From: Octopus vulgaris
Taxonomy: Eukaryota
Length of the DNA: 64,000 nt
Direction: 5' to 3'
NCBI GenBank assembly: GCA_951406725.2
Contig: OX597833.1
Location: 60,822,001 to 60,886,000 of the forward strand
A program made the translations under genes and the position numbers. The notes beneath the pieces were generated by a model. The model saw only the letters and a list, made by a program, of their open reading frames with translations. It was not told the DNA's origin and did not search any database. This document shows positions 58,467 through 64,000 of this stretch, in pieces (within the stretch, counting starts at the first letter, position 1; each line of letters opens with the position of its first letter).

Positions 58467-60393
58467 GTAAGAAAACTTTTTAACATGTTTTTTTTCTCTG
58501 TAGAAGAAAACTTTTGTCTTTGTTTTTTTTTGGTGTTTTCAGTTTTTCAGCATCACTATAAGTCACTTTGGAGGATCATATTTTTCCTAAATGACACATT
58601 TTCTCAAGTACACTGTTTAAAGAATATTGAGTACTACTTCTGTTGTGCTGGCACCACTGATGGCTAATTGAGACCAGGATGGACAATTGACCTGTTAATT
58701 CCAAGCAGAGTGTACAAGTACCAAATTGGATTTGAACGCGAGTGTCAAATATGAGTGATTGATGGTCAATCTCTATGGAACCATTGTTAATATAAACTTT
58801 AAAATGTATTTGAAATGTTTTTTTTGAAGGTAGAATTATTGCCCAGCTTGTTTTCTACTATCAAAACTAGTTGATGTCAATTATATTTTGACTGATCTCA
58901 AACTTCGAAGACAGAAAAACTAACACGCATCTCGTTTACGTTAGCAAAACATTTTTTGTTCTTTCATGAATGAAAAACAACAATGAATGTAGACTGGCTT
59001 CATTCATAGGTTTAACAAGAGACATCATGGGATTCTATGTTGAATGTTTGATATGTATCGGGGAAGGCGGGAGGTTTGCCAGGATTGGAAAGTGGGGTCA
59101 TACAAATTGCCATGTTTAACGAAAGTAGATGCTTTTAAACTTGTCCAACACCATGGTGAAGAAAAAAATCATATGGATGTGATCCCTATTTTCTATTCTT
59201 GTTTAATTAAGGTGGGTAGGGCAAAAATGTTACTAATACTGTGGGACGAGGAAACTGCTATTAGTTTCAAAATAACTGTTATAGGTGATGTTTTTGAAAA
59301 GGGAATCCCTCTCATTCTTGTCACACAATTCCATTTCCTCTCCTTTATAAATCTGAGACATTGTGCTAATAATAATAATAATAATAATAATATTTCTGAT
59401 TTAGACACAAAGCCTGCAATTTTTTAGAGAGACAAGATTAGTTGGTACTATCATCCTCAGTACATGACTAGTACTTTGTTATATTGATCTCAGAGGGATG
59501 AAAAGCAAAGTTGATCTCATTACGAAGAGTGTTGGAAAAAAATACTACAAAGCAATTTTTTTCTGATGCTCAACCAGTTCTAATAATAATAATAGTAATA
59601 ATAACAATAAATATTTCTAATTTTGGCTTATTGCTTTTAATTTTAAGGGAGACGGTTAGTTGATGACAGTGATTTCAGTACTTGACTGGTACTTGTTTTA
59701 TCAGCCCTCGAAAGGATGAAAAGCAAAGTCAACCTCAGTAGAATTTGAACTCAGAATGTAATGTATTAGAAGAAATACTGCAAAGCATTTTCCCAATGCT
59801 CTGACATTTCTGCCAGCTCGCCACCTAGTAATAATAATAATGATGATTTTGGATCGAAATCCTCCAAGTCAGCTTTGCTTTTCATAACTGTAAAGTTGAT
59901 GAAACAAGTACCAGTAATGTTACAGGGATTATTTAGTAGGTACTCACCCATATTGTTCTGTAATGTCCTCTCTTCCATTGCCCTTGTTGTAAGAAGAGAT
60001 TACCCCATCCCCCTTTTATTTTTTAAGATTCCTGTTCATGAAATGTTCTCATGTTTTATGTATGAATCTGTATCATTCATTCTATTGAAGTTATGGTGTC
60101 CTAAAATACCAGATCCTACAGTCTTTTTACCATTGCAATGATCTCAGTTCTCATCCTTTAAGGCCTGTCTTCCAAGCTTGCATCAGTTGGCGGGCTCAAC
60201 AGGACTCAATAAGCTGGATGTGTGTGTTGATCCCCAATATCCGCTTTGGCATGTTCACTACAGCTGTATGCCCTTCCTAATGCCATCCACTTTACAGAGT
60301 GATCTGGGTCCCAGCCCTTTTTGACAAATCAATAGTCTTCCATGACCCTCCACACTTTTCTTCTATTTTTTTGTTTGTAGCAAATGTTGTGAA

Positions 60394-61255
60394 CCCTTTA
60401 GCATTTAAATTGGCTATATCCAGTCAAAATATTCTACTTGCTATATGTTCAAAGTGGCCAAATCTGGCCCATCACACCTATCCTACAATGTCAGTCTAAA
60501 AATAAATTACTGTCATTAGAATCTTGAAGCTACAAGATAATTCATGATTAATTCAAAATAATGTGAATAAATAAGCATTAAATTTAACACAATAATCTGA
60601 ATACTAAAGGGTTAACATTATATATGAATATTTTACATTTGATGCAATCTTACAAAAAGTAAAAGATTCTGTCTTTGCTACTGTTTCAAAATTATATTGT
60701 GACATAGATTGGAAACCACTTCCATAACTTCTATTTTAATTGTGGCTAACCTGCTGTTGAAATCTGTCTGCATTGGTCAGTTAACCCTTTCGATACCAAC
60801 ACAGCTGAAACTGGCTCTGTAGTACAAATTGTCTTGTTTTCATAAAGTTTTGAATTAAAATCTATCACCAAAACTTAGTTGTAATATATGTTCCTAACAC
60901 TAAGCCTAATGATAACTAAGCTATTTTACTAAATTCTTTGTTTTATTCAAAATTAATTGAAAGAAACACAGAGCATCTCAAAATAAAGACAGTAATTGAA
61001 GGGTTAAAATATATAATAGAGAAGCAATTCTTAACTCTTTTGATACCAACCTGGCTGAAAATAATTCTGGCTCAGTAGTACAAATGTCTTGTTTTCATAA
61101 GTTTTGAATTAAAATCTTCCACCAAACCTTAGTCACAATTTATGTTCCTAACACTAGTTTAATGATAACTAAGTTATTTTACTAAATTCTGTGTTACATT
61201 TAAAGTAATTGAAAGAAACCCAAAGTATCTCAAAATAAATATGGTAACGAAAGGG
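60394..61255. mobile_element. Cluster of three piggyBac-type MITEs (60394-60611, 60785-61003, 61035-61255)
   Basis: Each about 220 bp with CCCTTT/AAGGG termini and TTAA flanks (some mutated). The last two are one family, also present, SINE-interrupted, at about 8359-8943. Confidence 0.85.
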
Positions 61256-61311
61256 TTAAATAACATTGAAACAATTACCACTTGATTATACATTGTTGTT
61301 GTTGCTGTATA

Positions 61312-61612
61312 TACATTGATTATACTGCGTATACCTTAGTTATATTGTATATTCATAGGTTGCACTGTATGTATATCAGTTGCAGCATATATACTTTTAT
61401 TACAGTGTCTATACTTTAATCAAACAGTGTATATGTTGGTTTCACTGTATATACATTGGTTGGACTGTGTATAATTTGGTTACACTATATATACAATAGT
61501 TACCCTGTATTTACTTTAATTACACTATATATATACATGAGTTACTGCATATACATTGGTTATACTGTGTACCTAGGTTACATTGTATATACATTGGTTA
61601 CAGTATGTATAT
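61312..61612. repeat. Degenerate minisatellite, about 20-bp unit TACATTGGTTACACTGTATA, roughly 15 copies
   Basis: Periodic tacattggtt/actgtata units read by eye. Confidence 0.75.
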
Positions 61613-61699
61613 ACACACACACACACACACACACACATACATAGCTACACTCTGTATACATGTTTACATTGTATATGGTTAGTTATACTGTATTCAATT

Positions 61700-61781
<82 letters not shown>

Positions 61782-64000
61782 TGTATCTACTTGGTTATAC
61801 TTTATCAACATTTCCAGGTTGTGGAACCTTTGAAATTCTTTCCACATCTCGGCAAATCCCTTCATTAAAATTATTACATGCCTTCCTTAGTCATTTTCTT
61901 TCTCTTTCATGAAATAAAATTTTATGAAGAGATTAAACAACTATAAAACTGCCTTTGAAAGGTTTGGCAATGCTAAATCCATCAGATACCACAAAGGTTT
62001 CAGGAATTTCATCTTAGCCAAAACATTTTTATGACCAAAACCCTGATAAAGAAGTAAATTTTTTTTCCTCATGAAATATACTATCTACAGATAATTGATT
62101 AAAACCCCTGAACACAGTGCCCTAACATGGCCACGATTTATAGAAGCCAGTAAAAGAACACAGGAATACTATACATTGAGAGAGGGCAGTGGGCTTGCAG
62201 AATCATTAGCATGCTGGGCAAAATGCTTAGCGACATTTCATCTAGCTTTACATTTTGAGTTCAAATTCTGCTGAGGTTGACTTTGCTTTTCGTCCTTTCG
62301 GGGTTGATAAAATTTGTAACAGTTGTGTATTGGGGCGAATGCAATCGACTTACCCCTTCCCCAGAAATTATTGGCTTTGTGCCAAAATGCGGAACCAATA
62401 TCATAACACAAAGAGACATAAAAATGTCCATTATTGATAATTTAATTTTAAGATGTGTCTCTTCTTTTCAAGTTAAAACCCTGAAAATACCATAGCCATC
62501 ATAAATTAAATTCATTACGGTTCATTAGGTGTCCTTCTTAAATGGATTTTTATCCAGTTTAGAAATGAATTCTATTACAGGACTTGTCAAACTTGTCTTT
62601 ATAGCATTCTAAATTGCTTTATAAACCCCTTAGAAGACCCAGCAGTGGTTATATTTGCAAACTAGGTAAATTTCCATTGTCATGTTATAAAATCTAATCA
62701 CGGTCAATGTGTTTCTCTTTTCACAAAGACACTACCCCCACCACCACCGTTGACTTTGCCCTTCGATAACTTCACAATATTAACCCAACATTGTCTTCAG
62801 CTCTCTGAAACATTGTGTTTCAAAATGTTCATATTTCAATATAAGCCCTTCTATGATAAGTTTATTATAGAACCTAGATAAATTATAATCCAAGCAATAA
62901 TAATTCTTTCTGCTATAGATAAAAGGCCTGAAATATTAGGGGAGGAAGCTTGTTGATTATATCAACCCCAGTGCTTAACTGGCTGTAACTTTATTGACCC
63001 CAAAAGGACGAAAGGCAGTTGTCCTTGATGAAATTTGAACTCTGATTGTAAAGATTCAGAAGAAATATTGCAAACCACTTTTCCAATGTTCCAACAATTC
63101 TGCCGACTTACCACCCTAATAATAATAATATGATGATGATGATAATTCCACCAGGGTCGACTTGGTCTTTCATCCTTTTGGGATTGATAAAATAAGTACC
63201 AGCTGAATGCTGGGGTTGGTGTAATCGACTTACCCTTTCTTCAAAATTGCTGGCCTTGTGCCAAAATTTTAAACCAATAATAATAATAATCCAATGTAAG
63301 TATATTTCCTTAAAGTGTCAATTAACCCCTCCTGCCCTTTTAGTGTTGTTTGCAGACCTATTGGAGGAAGGTAACTGGAAGAAGCCTGACTGAGTGGATA
63401 AGGTATTAGCCTATCTCCTCATATGTTATGGGTTCAAATCTGCCACAAGTATTTCATTATATTTTTGGACTGAACACTTTATTTTGCATTACCTTAGTTT
63501 ATTCAACTGTCAGGTGTAGGACATAGCAGATTAACTGGAATAAAACTGCTTTTTTATCCAAAGAAAGATTAAATCTTATCAGTTTATACCAAGAGACTAA
63601 AGGTAGCGGATTGAAAGACTCTGGAAATTTATTGGTGCAACGGCTTCAGTAGCAGTAGTATTCAGGATGTCCTGGGGTAAAAATGTCCAGTTTATCATTT
63701 CGGATTGAACTAAACTGTGTTACCAACTTCTAAGTGGTAACAATCTCATTGATTGTCAGGTATGCAATATTTGGCTTGATTTCTATCCAATATCACTGAG
63801 CCAGGTAACTGATTCTGAAGAATCTCCAGTACTGGTGCACTTTATTACTTCATTTGCAATTTTCAGTTTGTACCTGTCTAATTATAACCTGTTCACCTTT
63901 GTATGTGATAAAGATTTGTATGGTGGCACACAGCTGTGAAGCAAAAAAAGACCAAGAAATAGAGTATATTTCATTGAAAATGCAGACTAAATTTGAATTT

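Noticed and set aside
58467-58667. C-terminal 66 aa of the 832-aa ORF
   Set aside because: It follows a canonical CAG|gtaaga donor and is T-rich, so it is intron read-through.
61312-61612. CRISPR-like array
   Set aside because: Contiguous degenerate 20-bp units without unique spacers, in a eukaryotic intron, with no cas genes.

Overview
Eukaryotic, AT-rich, repeat-dominated genomic DNA. The SINE families and very dense microsatellites point to an octopod cephalopod (inference from recalled repeat families, not a database search). Two protein-coding genes are supported. (1) Five phase-consistent minus-strand exons (12540 to 3216) encode mitochondrial ribosomal protein L46; its last exon is probably left of the window. 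(2) A 2.3-kb plus-strand coding exon (56169-58466) encodes a Plexus/GSE1-like protein with five copies of a CxxC...FPF...GA...CxxC...QW module, downstream of a CpG-rich promoter. The rest is layered mobile DNA: a decayed, near full-length APE-RT LINE carrying five nested insertions; four non-autonomous Helitrons, two of them fused head-to-tail; GGATC-ended fold-back elements with 8-bp TSDs, some carrying TTAGGG tracts; a palindrome made of two mariner-type right ends; a dead intron-containing Tc1 (DD34E); piggyBac and hAT MITEs; and RTE-type LINE tails. The most notable signal is at least five hammerhead-ribozyme-like cores (26466-26540, 37455-37541, 37759-37793, 39657-39749) in short Penelope-like or retrozyme-like units, mostly inserted in (TA)n tracts. 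Nearly all long ORFs in the supplied track are microsatellite artefacts.
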